DNA of 63,045 nucleotides, counting the filler. It is 15 parts of 15 records of this genome, joined end to end, with 100 filler letters (N's around TTAATTAATTAA, not from the genome) between each part and the next. Parts side by side here need not be neighbours in the genome. Positions count along the whole stretch, not along the records: positions 21,421 to 24,554 come from SRR9188676_3054; positions 24,655 to 26,697 come from SRR9188676_3056; positions 26,798 to 34,902 come from SRR9188676_3058; positions 35,003 to 42,859 come from SRR9188676_3073; 11 more parts are not named here. One strand, 5' to 3'. How positions within the stretch are numbered: the stretch's first letter is position 1; each line of letters starts with the position of its first letter. Position numbers and translations under genes: made by a program. Positions 23,659 to 36,011 of the stretch are shown one piece after another. A model generated the notes under the pieces. It was not told the DNA's origin and did no database searches. It saw only the letters and a list, made by a program, of their open reading frames with translations.

Positions 23659-26600
23659 GTACGTGTCCTTGAAATGCAGTTTCGGTTGTAAAAAAAATCA
23701 GGTGTCACAGCACGAGATTGCTTCGTCAACCCTGGTAGTCTGTACAATGAGGGGGTCACTAATTTGTTTGAACATTGCAAATTTGGCAGTATCACTGGTT
23801 CACAATCGCAAATAAAGAGGGTATGCTATCTATTGGCTTCCTTCATTGACATATGCGTGCTTTGGAAAGCTACAAGCAAATATTAGTCTGACAATTGATC
23901 ACATGCTCACGTCAGAAAACAAGCACCAGCTTTGTGCTGGCGGCCCCACAAGCTGTCATTTTGACTACATAAAATGCCGTACTGATGCAAAAATGCATCG
24001 AACACTCCTGTTCTAGAGAATTCCCCGATATAACAGCCTATGATTCAGGCGCAACGGTTGTACAAGCTGAGAAATGTGACGAAAGCCGGTCGAGAATTGG
24101 AGAGATTACTGCCACCTTTGCACTGAATCGACCATAATTTATTATGTATCACGAGCATCATTTATTTTTTGACACAATGAACGAAGTACGGATATAGAAC
24201 CAGTCAAAAAACGACAACTTTCTCTCGAGGAGAAGCGGTATTACCTCAGATCCTCGATGTTTTTGGGCTGATCACACGAGACATTCCGCATCGCATTTCG
24301 TTCCTTCTCTTCGATAAGCCGTTACTCTGACATCAGTATCGGTCTTGAGGAATGTCAAATGTATCGTGCCAAAAATGTCTTCATGTTTCCCCTTTGTTAG
24401 TTTACGGCTCGCACGTTTGATTTCCTTTCCTTCGTTCCTCCCTTTTCTTCCTCACTCCTTTCTTCAACTTTTTCATCTGCTTCAGCTTCGTTGCTGATTC
24501 ACTCTCTTCTTCATCGCAGGTCCATCTTCCCATTTCCTTCCTCTTGTGATTCCCNNNNNNNNNNNNNNNNNNNNNNNNNNNNNNNNNNNNNNNNNNNNTT
24601 AATTAATTAANNNNNNNNNNNNNNNNNNNNNNNNNNNNNNNNNNNNNNNNNNNNGGCGTTGGGTCCGTGATCCTAGATACAAGAAACCCTGAAGAAACCC
24701 ATAACTCAAGAACTTTTGGTTATCGGGAAGATGGTGTTTGGGTGTCAGGACGCCACAATGACCACACACTGATGAAAATAATGAAGTCTCTGACTCCGAC
24801 TGATGCTCGACCCCCCTGTGTGCCGGATTGCTTTTACCTGTTTTTGTTCACCCAAAAGTCATCTCTCGTGGCGGTCCCCGGACAAGGAGAGAGGGGTAGA
24901 TCAGAGCTACAAAAAGGAGCAACCTTTGTGGCGGAGAGCTTTCATAAGGTGAAAGAGGGCATTTTGGCGAAGTACCGGACAACAGCGACGCGAATGGGGA
25001 GGTCCTGCCTGTCTTTTAGGGTGAGGTAAGGTGAGAGTATCTCTCACGAGCAGTGGTCCAAACACTCGGCTCATCATGATGTTGTGGATCAAGGTGTGTA
25101 TGTTCCTTGTGTATTATATACAAGATGTGATTGCTTCCAAAGGTAATGAAGTCTTAAGCGGCGGAAACGGTGAGCAAAATATCTCGTCGAATGAATTCTT
25201 GATTGTACGGCATCTCGCCACGCCTCAAAGTGACGATATATTGCCGAACAGAACCTCAACAGAGCATGCTCACTATGATGTCGCTGAGAATTTCTTTCAT
25301 GAACAATACTTCAAATAGAATTGATGAATGGCATTCATCCCAGGAGCCAAGTGGCGGACGGCCGTGTTGAAAGCGTGTTGAAAAGATCCGTCCAAAATCT
25401 TCCGACCGTAGACCTTCTGCACACACCCCTAACACGCTGGCGAGCGCACTTAACGCGTTCAAATATCAGGAGCACACGCTTCACTTCTCCCGCTCGGCAT
25501 ATTGTAAATGCCGAACTTAGCAGACTTTCACAAAAGCAAACGCGAGATCAGCCAATTGCTTCAGACATGTTCTTCGTCCCAACGTGGAAGAGCACACACA
25601 CGAATCATGCCAGTAGCTGAGTCAGTATTAGATTGCTTGCCCCAGGAGACTGGGGTCTCAAGTCGGGCCCAACGCGAGAGCTGCCATCTCGAGTTCCTGA
25701 TGTCTCTGCTTTTTACCAGTCAGCACGCTCATATTAGCTAGCGTGAATGAAGTTCCTGTGCTATCGAGAAAACATTTGCTTTGAAGAGATACAGTGGTTG
25801 CCACAAGAATCACCAGAACAGGAGAGTATTTCACTTCTGCTGGGCTCGAGAGCAATTGCTGACTGGCAGGAAGATCAAACTTTGATACTTTACCGGAGAT
25901 ATGACATCAAGTATTCCAAGCTGTGCCGAGGTTTGCTGCTGTTCATGAAAACAAACTGTGTACGAAAACAAACAAAGCAAACAAAAAGCTGTGATGTGCT
26001 GGTGAAGATGACAGATAATCTATGTGGGGGAGAGGAAATGAAATACAAGGAGAGAGACACCCACAAAGACAGATAGGTACACACACAAACACACACTCAG
26101 AAAGAGAGAGAAACAAAAGATTCTTGTGTGAGTAATACATATAAGCCCAGGATGGGTATAATCCGTGTGTGAGTAGTCAGGAGAGAATATTTCAATGCGG
26201 AACACTTCGACTAGCCATGCGGTAGGTTGACACGTCGGCGACATCGTTGTCAAGTAGTTTCTCGGGTAATGGGAGCAGGGGGGTGGTAGTGTGTGGGGTG
26301 CCGTGGGTGTTATAGAAGCAGAGACATCAAGGTCAAAGTGGCAGCAGCAGTGGTGGTAGTGGTAGTCACAGCAGGAGCAGCAATGGCAACGGCGGCTGCG
26401 AGTCATGCTTGCACCAGAAACAAGTTCTCGCAACACATGGAGAGAGAAAAAAAAATAGAAAAAAAGAAAACCCCGATTAGAAATGCGAAAACAGAAAGAA
26501 GGTGAACGAGAAACGAGAGAGCGGAAGATTGTATCTGAGTGTGCGAGCGACATCTAAACGAGAAAAAAAAAAACGCTCAAACTCACAAACTCTCTCTCAA

Positions 26601-26797
26601 TGATATAGTAATTAAGGATCCGACCAAGATAAATTTAGCATCTAGCCCCTCAAGTAGCAGTCCATCCTCAATATCATACAACTAGTCCACCGTTGGTNNN
26701 NNNNNNNNNNNNNNNNNNNNNNNNNNNNNNNNNNNNNNNNNTTAATTAATTAANNNNNNNNNNNNNNNNNNNNNNNNNNNNNNNNNNNNNNNNNNNN

Positions 26798-26911
26798 ATC
26801 CTACGTCTTCGGTCCATTGCAAAGGGGCATTACATTGCAAATACAAAGTTTATTCATCACGGATCATTTCCTGAATGCTATTCAAATCATCGTGGAGGTG
26901 GTGACTAATGG
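26798..26911 (+). CDS. Possible P2X-like receptor 3' exon (pre-TM2 region)
   Basis: SYVFGPLQRGITLQIQSLFITDHFLNAIQIIVEVVTNG followed by a GTGAG donor; resembles the P2X 'GIR..F...G..F...LL' segment. Confidence 0.35.
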
Positions 26912-27632
26912 GTGAGTTTGGGTGTTATGCAATTTGATGATTCGAACAGGGACAAAATTGAACCGAACAGTAGAAGGAATAAGAGTAAAAAGCATGGTGG
27001 GCTCAAATATGGCTCATATTTAAAGGGACCGTAAATCTATTTCTTTTTCTTTCGTTCTTTCTTTTAATGTATGTATTGGGCCCTTTACCCGTTTTTTCTT
27101 TCTGAAAATCCTAAAAATAGTTAAGGTACCTTTTAATCTGACATGATCCAGCGGATGTGATGAAAATATAATGACTGATTTGAAGTGATAGAATTCCGAA
27201 GATACACCAAGAGATATGATATTATTACACACAGGAAGAACCGCGAGGGAAAGATATTTTACCATGAGTTTTCGTCTTGAACAACAGAGCTCGCTCAGAT
27301 CAAAAAATCATCCGACCCTCCATAAACCCCAAATCCTGAAAAACAACTGACAATGCTCAGTGCCCAGGAGAGTGAGAGTGGAATAGAGAGATGCAATGAA
27401 GGGGAGAGGTAACGAGAAAAGAAAAGGAAAACAGATAACAAGCTTCTAGGTATGAGGGTGACCAAAATTAAATGACGTTCGCACGATGTCCGCACGAGAT
27501 TCACGAAATAAACGCACATTGTACCCAAGCGCGGGGGTCATTCACATATTACGTAAAGCGGGGGAGGTGGGGTCCAAAATCTTGAATTTATGCGCACGGA
27601 AGATGTAAATGACCCTCTGATATCTCTCGCGT

Positions 27633-30600
27633 TTATGAAGGTCCTTGGGCAGCTGAGGATGTGAATTGGGTTTGAAGGAATTCGTGCATGCTTTGGAGGC
27701 GATACTTCGGAATAACATCCAGAATACTGTCCAAGAGTGGATCCCAAAACAAAGAGAGTGGGAATGAATTGTGTGTTTTGTGAGAATAATGTGCTGACCA
27801 GGTTTGTAGAAAATGGATCAGGGAGTCAAAGAACTCAGGGGACTGAATTTGCAAATCCGGTATATCATCGTCTATATTCTCGCTCATGAGGCTTCTTTGG
27901 AATTCTGAAGTGTTGCTGGAAAGATGAATATGAGGGAAGGAGATGCTATCGAGTACTTTCGACCAGCTCGAGAGAAGGTTGTGCACTTTGGCGCCATCAT
28001 GAACAAATGGGATATTACGGCTTGATATCATTGAAATGATAGATTCGGCCCAGATTCTGTCCACAAGGAATAGCTGGTTGAGGATGCTGATGACACTATG
28101 TAGACACCGTTCGGGTACCATGATCTCAGATTCGAATAATATGATCAGTAGCTTATGAAGTTCATCCCGGAGGGAGATACGATTGCTTTTTGGAAGTGCA
28201 TCGATGATCCGCTTGATGTGGCTGGAGGTACTGTCATAGATATTCTCACTTTTGAGCCGGTATTGCATCATATAGTTGGAGATACAGTACAATCGAGCTC
28301 GATGACAAGCATGCAGAATCTTGCTGTAGGCGGAGCTTCCCAAGCACGGAACAGAGCTCCATAGGGTGATGAGATACCAAATTTGGTAGCGACTCACAAC
28401 GGGAAAATAACGGTGATAATCAGGGATATCCATCGGGATAAGATGCGGTGGAACATACTGACTCAGTAGCATGATCAGCGAGAGAGAGTTTACGGAATAG
28501 CTCTGAGTCATGCGATTGCCTCGAAAACCACGCCCGTGAAGAATGAGCTGCTGTCTGACAGAATCAGATGACAGAGAACTCAAAAGTGTGGAAATGGGCT
28601 CCATGCGAAGCCGATAGTCTGGTGTAAATGATAGGGCATCAGACCCTCGATTGTTCGATCTGACGATGTAAGCATCACGGACCTGAGGGTCAGAGAGTTG
28701 GCCCAGGAGGAGAGAGATACTGGCGGCGCAGGAATTCTTACAGGCTCTCATCAAGGCAGTTTCCCCTTCATTATCAGCATGCTGAATGTAGTTCTGGATA
28801 ATGCCTGGTGCTGAGGATGAGAGCTTCTCAAGAAGAAGAGCTGTGATTTCTGCTGAATCCTTGCCAGTTAATGCGATCAATGCAGTGGTGCCCTTGTTAT
28901 TGGCAAATAGAATGCAGCTTTCCAGGACAATGGGATTCACGAGATTCTCTAGATGGCTCAGAACCGCAGACACAGTAGCCAAGCTTCCACTTCCGCATGC
29001 AAGAATCAGTATGTTATGGTTTGCGGAGGGGTTAAAAATGAAAGCCTCTTTTGCTGATAGTGGTAAGGCTGAAAGAAGTGCAGAGACCACGGAAACATGA
29101 CCTTTCTCACAGGTCAAAGAGAGGACAGTCTCATGGGATTCTGTCTCAAGTCCGATGCATTCCATTGCTATCTCATCTCTTGGAGAAGGAAAAGCATCAA
29201 GAAGAATGGAGACTGTAGAAGCGTGGCCTTGTTGGCATGCCATCATGAATGCGGTTCTATTGCTTGCAGTCATTCGCAGAATATAATCCTTGCGTTCATG
29301 GGGAGTATCAAGGACATTCAAGAGCATGGATACAATAGAGGCATGTCCGTTTTGGCAAGCAAGAGTCAAAGCAGTCCCGGTCTGTGATTCATGATAAAGT
29401 AAAGACTTCCTCTCGTATGGCGAAGGAATGCATTGAAGAAGGAATAACACAGCATCAGCTTGGCCATGCTCACATGCAAGAAGAAGTGCCGTCTCCCCTC
29501 TTTTCCCTTCATATTTCAAATGCTGAATTCGAGCTGGTATTGAGGGAAGCTGTTCAAGGAGCAATGACGCAATGGAGGCATGGCCCATTTCAGCGGCATA
29601 CATCAATGCAGTGAAGCCATCACTATTTGTACTTCGAATGAGTTCCTGTCTTGTTGAGCAAGCAAAATGATCCAGCAAGAAGAGAGCACAAGCAGCATGT
29701 CCAGATCGGCAGGCAAGCATCAAGCCGTTCAATGACCTAGAGTAATGCCGTCGTGTGATTATCTCGCGCAGTTCATGAAGGCGAAGATTGAAAAGGCTGT
29801 TGAACATCGAAATGACAGATATATGGCCATATTCACAGGCCACCGAAAATGGTGAATGACTGCGGGAAAAGACAAGCAGTTGTTTCCCCGCCAAACTGTC
29901 AGGGTGCGAGTCCAAGAGCAATCTTGCTGTGGAGACATGCCCTGCTTTGCAAGCATGTGCTAATGCTATCATGCGATGATCATCCTGGGTGAGGAGGTGG
30001 ATTCTTGTTGGATGATCCGGAAATTTACCGAGAATAGCGGAAACAATGGAATCATGCCCATTCTGACTGGCAAGCATCAGAGCTGTTTCTTTATTGCCAT
30101 TTCGATCAGAGAGATATTCCTTTAGGTCTTTGGGTTCAGTGGAGTCGAGGAGAAATGTCACAATGGCAATATCTGCGGCGTAGCAAGCATGCATCATGGC
30201 TGTGGTCTGGTGCTTGTCCTTGTGTCTGATACATTTCAACTGGGATCTTTTCGGTAAGCTCTTGAGAAGCTTTGAAGCAATGCCAACATGTCCATTCATA
30301 CAAGCAATGAAGAAAGGAGTGCGACCGTTCAGGTCTTCTGCCGTCAATGATTCAAATTTCGCTTTGGCTGAGAATTTCCTGTTCAGAAAGGAATCCACTT
30401 CAGCTTCATCACCCTTCTCACATGCTTGAAATAAGCGATCTTGTGCATCCCATAGCTCATCAAAGAAAGTCGGCTCAGGGTAAGGGTGGTCTTCCAGGTC
30501 TTCTTGTGGCTGAGTTGAAGAAGCGCGAGCTTGCTTTGTTCTAGGACCTGTAAGTCACGGAGTTTCAAGATTAGCATGGAAAAAAGCAAGTAGGGACGTC

Positions 30601-30787
30601 AAATTGGCTTACCCTCATCATTCAGCGATGCTCGACTTCGAAGATTGTACCTTCCAAGTGACCCAGCACCAGGACTGGCGAGTCTTTCAAGCGAAGAGGG
30701 AACAGAGAGATCATATGATGCAAGGAGAGTAATATCATCCTGTTTACAGGTAGAAGACAGCTGATCTCTGTTCCTCTTTGGTGCCAT
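27633..30787 (-). CDS. Ankyrin-repeat protein, 1029 aa (exon 1 30613-30787, intron 30548-30612, exon 2 27633-30547)
   Basis: Many ANK repeats (GRTPFFIACMNGH, ETALMLASQNGH, GFTALMYAAEMGH, GETALLLACEHG...). A 65-nt GTAAG..GCTAAT..CAG intron joins ORF 30599-30787 in phase to the 921-aa ORF. Confidence 0.9.
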
Positions 30788-31778
30788 TCTTCAAAAGAGT
30801 GTGAGAGAGTCTCCTGATCCGATGATGATGTGACATGCTTCGATTTCGGGCCGGGGACAGTTGGTGCCTCACAAATCACAAAAAAATGGTCCGAAAATTG
30901 TTTGAGCCATCGTTCTCGCAGTTTCAGCATATATTAATGAATAGTGACTTTACATTGAATCTACATCGGTTGATTAAAAGCTTCCTGATTTGAGGAGTCT
31001 AGTCGTACGCCAAGGCTGGACACCCATCAGGCGGCAACGAGCGCATGTGATCCAAGTCTACAGAAAAAGTAAGCAAAAATCAAAGCAATTGAAGATACTG
31101 AAATGAATTCTTTTTTCTTTCTTTTTTTGGACTGATGAAGTCCCAAGAAGAAGCCAGATGGTTGACCCAAGACAATGCGTGCAAGCATACCAATGGAGTT
31201 GAGACTTGGTCTCTTAAGTCTTACTCTGTTGAGGTTAGTGGTTGGTTTATGAGAGAGAAAACTGTAGTTAATGTCCAAGTTCCTTCCAGTTTCTGTCATA
31301 TTCCGCTGAAAGGATCCGCGTTTGCTCTTTCAGTCATAGGAGCCTGCAGAGAAAGCGCACATATTTTCCTCCTGAGTAGCGTCATCTCGTCTTATGAGAT
31401 GAATTTTGCGAAACCTTTTCAACGCGGACTTCGGAAGCTATTCCAGAGGGCTTGGAGAGGACAGTTGCCCGATGACTCCTTTCTTTGAACACTCGAGTAA
31501 ACAAAACTGCTGACCAAGTCCACATTTTTGTTCGACAGGTCTCACAAGTTAGCGAATGAATTCTTTGATCCGATCTGCTAAGTCAATATACAATGGAAGT
31601 TTTTTAACATCGTTTGTTACGGTATGGTTCGTTTTTGCGTGTTTTAAAAAGTACAGTCACTTCGATCACACATCACACATCACATCCTTGATGGTTCAGA
31701 ACTTCAGCTCGCAGACTTTGATATTAGCCTGAGATTTTCTCAATCAGATCTTTGCTTAATAATGAATATCTGTGCAAA

Positions 31779-34601
31779 ATGATGAGCTCGACCATATTCT
31801 TCGACAACCTTGTTACCTCACAACTTCTCGTGAATTACAGTAGTCTGCTATTGCTTCCGCTTCCTTTCAATTTATCTCTCATACATTTTTGATTCCTACA
31901 GGAGCGTACTCTTGAAGTTCATCATATTCGTCTTGGCGCCTGCCACAGGTCACTGCAAGTGGGCATTTTGGCTATCATTGTTGTCCAGCTCATTTTTGAG
32001 CACCAATATGCAGGATTCGAAACACCTTCGGCAGGTACGGCACTGAATATCATTCCGCCTGAATTTCATTTCCAATGCACCCGAACTGCCTTATAACATT
32101 CTAACCTATTTTCCTGTTTTCTTGTCATTGCAGCATTTAACTTATGGGTGGAGCCATACCTTCAGATAGTTGAGGATGAGTTCTACTGTAACAATCCAGA
32201 CTATGACTTTATTCCTGGATCCTTGGAAGACGCTCTATTTGTCCAAATGTACACTGTGAACACGAGCTGTCATCAGTGGGACCTGACCAATGTGCATCCG
32301 TCGTCCACATCCATACAGATTGCCACGCTGACTATTGATACTTCTCTCACGTACGTATCTCTGGCTTATCCACTCATATTTTTCGGCATACTTGTTTGTT
32401 GTGAAAATATTTACTTTTCGAAGATGCGTTGCTTCTGTAAATGTGCATTCTGAGCGCAGGTTTTTGCTGTCACGATGGGAGTGTGCATCCGTATACTTGA
32501 CTTCCATACGTATCGACAAGGGAAATTCCTCAGATACATATGCACACACAACACGAACATGCGCCCACACAGACCTCACACGCATATGCAGTACATGCCG
32601 CTTAGAAGTTTGAATTTCTCGACCTCTCGACTTTTTTGACAATGGTGGTGACTTTTTCATATCTGTTTATGGAACCCTGTTGTTCAACTTGTCGAGATTC
32701 TTTCCTTCTCAAGCTATCGCGATTGCTGTCAGGAAGACTTCAAAATTCGCGGACGTTCGTAGCTTTCATGTGGGAAATACAGTCGATCGCCATGAAGTCG
32801 ATATCTGCTGGAGCGTTGATTCTCCGGAAATTATTTTGCCATTATGAAGTTTAAAGAAAGAAACAAAAAATAACAGCGAATAACAACTACACAGGTTATT
32901 TTGCAGAGAGCAGACAGACCCAGCTTTTCTGGGGTAAATTGGAATTTCAGAAAGATTGAGGGAGATGTAACTCGTCAAATCGACCCTTCGGAGTGATGGA
33001 CGTTCGCTCATCGCACGAAAATCCGAAACGTTAAAAATCTAAACCGGTCATGTTCTTTAGCTTTATGAACCATTCCAAGCCCTCGATACTATGATTCGGA
33101 AATCATCCGATGTCGACTTTGAAGTCTTCATTTTTACGATTCTCGCTCGATCTTTTTACAGTAGGTGGCATATCGACGAAACTACAAATCAGGTCGATAG
33201 GATATGCCTAAAAAAATCGATTTTTTGAGATTCGGAAGAATCTTTGGAAGAAATTCCTACTTCTCTGTGTATAATCTTTCTTCTTTTGCTCTTCTATGTC
33301 TATAGGAATGCTAGTGCTCCAGTGGAATACCAGTATCTGACAGGCCTGGAGCTGGCGATGATCAACGTATACCACTATCCAAAAGCCTCGTACGTCCTAA
33401 TATTTCTTTCTGAATATTGTGAATTTCGATCTCCATTTTAGTGAGAGGAGAATGAATGGGTTCCACCCCTCCCCCGCCTGCCCAATCCCTTCACATTAGC
33501 AGATAAGAATCGGAAAAGAGAGAAGGGATTCTGTCTATGAGGGGAATTCCGTTAAAATCCGACTTTTTTTTCTCGATGCAAAATTAACAATTGAAAGTGA
33601 TTTCGATCACTTGGAAGATCTGGATATACAGAAAAAACTCTTTTTATCACTTTTTTTCACTACAAAATTTTATTTCGCAGGTCCATCATGAATCTTGCTG
33701 GAAATTCATGGGTCCAGAGTAATGATTCTAGCACACTCGCGATATGTACCATCCCGGTCATCGCAATCCAGCGTTAACTGCAATGGAGCTCCGCCACCCA
33801 ACTTGTTCTAGCCTGAGAAAGAGCCTCTCTATACTCCTCTTAAATTTCCGAATAAGTCTATGAATGACGGAGCCTATCACTTGACTGGATCTGAATTTTA
33901 TAAAGACAGTCAATTTTCTCTAGAAGTGGGTCACCTCCAATGTCTCCTTCCTTAATTCGGAGAGTGTAGGAGAATTAAGCTCGGACCCACTTTCTTCTAG
34001 AGAGGGTTGGCTGATTTCCTCATTAATGTGCATAGTAAAGAGATGATTGTCTATATGGATGGATGGATGCCATCTCTGTGTGGACAGAAAGGGTGTACTA
34101 CATGTGTATGCTGAGAGACTCCGCTCAATGCATTGTACATTTATTGCAATCGTGCACCGCATTATGATTATATTCCTCTTATACTAGTCTCAAACATCCA
34201 AGGGTGGAGGATTCTGATGTATTCCGAGCTTGTTCTTGGCCGAGCGGTTCGATAATAGCTTCCTCTGCTCCTTTTGGCATGGGGGTATATATGATACCCG
34301 GCACCGTATGTATCCTGAGCCCCTTGTCCTTTCGCATATCATGCTGGCCTGAACCCGGATCCTGGGTCAAAACAAGTTTGTGCAGTATGACTGTGGACAA
34401 TGTTGATGATGTCGTAGCCTTTAATCCACGAGGGTAGTTGATAATATCCTCTCTTTCTCCTAGGTTCGACCTTGGACTTGGGGATGCAATGATGCCCGAA
34501 ACCCACATTCTGAATCAAGACGGGTCGGTGTACAAGACCTTTGCTGTGGACGAAGCTGTGAGGCTCTCTCTGCATGAGTACATCGCTTTGGCTGGCTTTA
34601 G
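31779..34601 (+). CDS. Divergent P2X-like ATP-gated ion channel exons (order anomalous, partial)
   Basis: Exons 31779-31829, 31902-32034 and 32134-~32350 give MMSSTIFFDNLVTSQLLERTLEVHHIRLGACHRSLQVGILAIIVVQLIFEHQYAGFETPSAAFNLWV...YCNN...SCHQWD, an amoebozoan P2X-like N-terminus/TM1. Exons 34386-34433 and 34464-34601 give HILNQDG...RLSLHEYIALAG. Further exons at 33306-~33389 and 33681-~33745. Confidence 0.6.
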
Positions 34602-35002
34602 GTATGGTATTGCTGATATCTATGTACGAGAGAAAGATGAGAATCAGAAAGCAAAGTCTCGTGATAGGCAGGGGAGAGAGAGAAAAGTAAAAAATATTTG
34701 CCTTGTCTGTTGGTCACACGATACCACCCAGAAATCTGAACAGGACACGTAGAACATTTTCATGTCGATTTGTCTTGTTTTACATCCACTTGTCTCGGTG
34801 GAACATGCCTCACATGACTCCCTCTGCAGCTGCTTCAGCCTGACAGCCTTTGTCTGACCCCCCAAAAGTGTCAAAATGATTATTAAAGGTTACCAAATTC
34901 TCNNNNNNNNNNNNNNNNNNNNNNNNNNNNNNNNNNNNNNNNNNNNTTAATTAATTAANNNNNNNNNNNNNNNNNNNNNNNNNNNNNNNNNNNNNNNNNN
35001 NN

Positions 35003-35032
35003 GGTCGAAAAACTAATTTCGACCGCTTTTTT
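35003..35032 (+). terminator. Rho-independent terminator of a gene lying off the contig
   Basis: GGTCGAAA-loop-TTTCGACC followed by a T-run. Confidence 0.7.
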
Positions 35033-35097
35033 GTTTGACTGTAGTTCCGTTAGGAACGTAATGTCGGTAGTAAAAGCACCTTTTTTTATGAATAAAA

Positions 35098-35868
35098 CTA
35101 TTTCTTCTTGCTATGATGCGGGTAATTAAAGAAATAAGAAGTAAGCAACGGAATAGCAAAAATCCCAACGGTTAGCATAGATACATAAGCATCAGCTTCT
35201 TCGCTTTCCATGAATTTAGCAATTGGATTTTCTGGTAGAAAATGCGTGAGTAAAGATAAAGTCAGCTTTAAACCCAATACACCGATTACTAAAAAGGCTG
35301 CTGTTTCCAAAAAAGGATACTTTTCCATTAATTTCACAAAAGCTTGTGCTACGAATCGCATCGCTAAAATACCGATAAACACCCCAATGCAAATCAAATA
35401 AATATTATCTGTGAAAGCTACTGCCGCAAAAACGTTATCAATCGAAAAAGCTAAATCCATTACTTCCACTAAAAAAACGGTAGCCCAGAATGGTCCTAAT
35501 GCTCCTAAAGTAACACGGTAAAGCCAATTACTTTTCTTGTCTAATAAGTCATCATCTTGTTGTGGTGTTGCTTCTTTTTTGAAGTAATCATACGTAAGGA
35601 ATAATAAATATAAACCACCAATTGGTTTCAACCACCAAACTTGTACTAAGTACGAAGCAAATAAAAGACAAAGACCTCTAAAAAAATATGCACCAATAAT
35701 ACCATATTTCAGCGCTTTCTTTCTTTTTTCTGGAGACAAATCCATGACCATTGTTGCCAAAACTGCTGCATTATCAACGGAAAGAAGACTTTCAATCAGA
35801 ATTAAATTCCCCACTACCAAGGCCGCTGCGCCTAAATCATTACCAAAAATTTGATGCAAAAAATCCAT
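35098..35868 (-). CDS. TerC-family integral membrane protein
   Basis: Contains ESLLSVDNAAVLA, ALKYGIIGAYFFR, EVMDLAFSIDNVFAAVA and KYPFLE. Confidence 0.93.
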   Translation of the reverse strand: MDFLHQIFGNDLGAAALVVGNLILIESLLSVDNAAVLATMVMDLSPEKRKKALKYGIIGAYFFRGLCLLFASYLVQVWWLKPIGGLYLLFLTYDYFKKEATPQQDDDLLDKKSNWLYRVTLGALGPFWATVFLVEVMDLAFSIDNVFAAVAFTDNIYLICIGVFIGILAMRFVAQAFVKLMEKYPFLETAAFLVIGVLGLKLTLSLLTHFLPENPIAKFMESEEADAYVSMLTVGIFAIPLLTSYFFNYPHHSKKK

Positions 35869-35896
35869 AAATATTGTTTTGTGTTCAAAAGATTCC

Positions 35897-35904
35897 CAAA
35901 GTTA
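35897..35904 (-). promoter_or_regulatory. Bacteroidota -7 promoter element (TAACTTTG) for the TerC gene
   Basis: Exact TAnnTTTG match ~30 nt upstream of the ATG. Confidence 0.65.
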
Positions 35905-36011
35905 CAAACTTTGATGCCTAAAAGATAAGGCAAGCAAGAATATTAATTTGATTGGTTTAATAGGATTGTAAATGGATTTTATAAGCTTTTGATAATCAAA
36001 TATTGTCAGTT

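Noticed and set aside
24655..26697. Possible degraded DDE transposase on the minus strand
   Set aside because: Only a vague DSCGNH motif amid many stops; not supportable.
35037..35070. Small palindrome gttccgttaggaac after the terminator, and gaggctgtcctaaaagt at 11762
   Set aside because: Possibly REP or IS-end remnants, but single short copies in this window cannot be supported.
35869..36000. yybP-ykoY (Mn) riboswitch expected upstream of a TerC gene
   Set aside because: The promoter element is ~30 nt from the ATG, leaving no room, and no such structure is recognisable.
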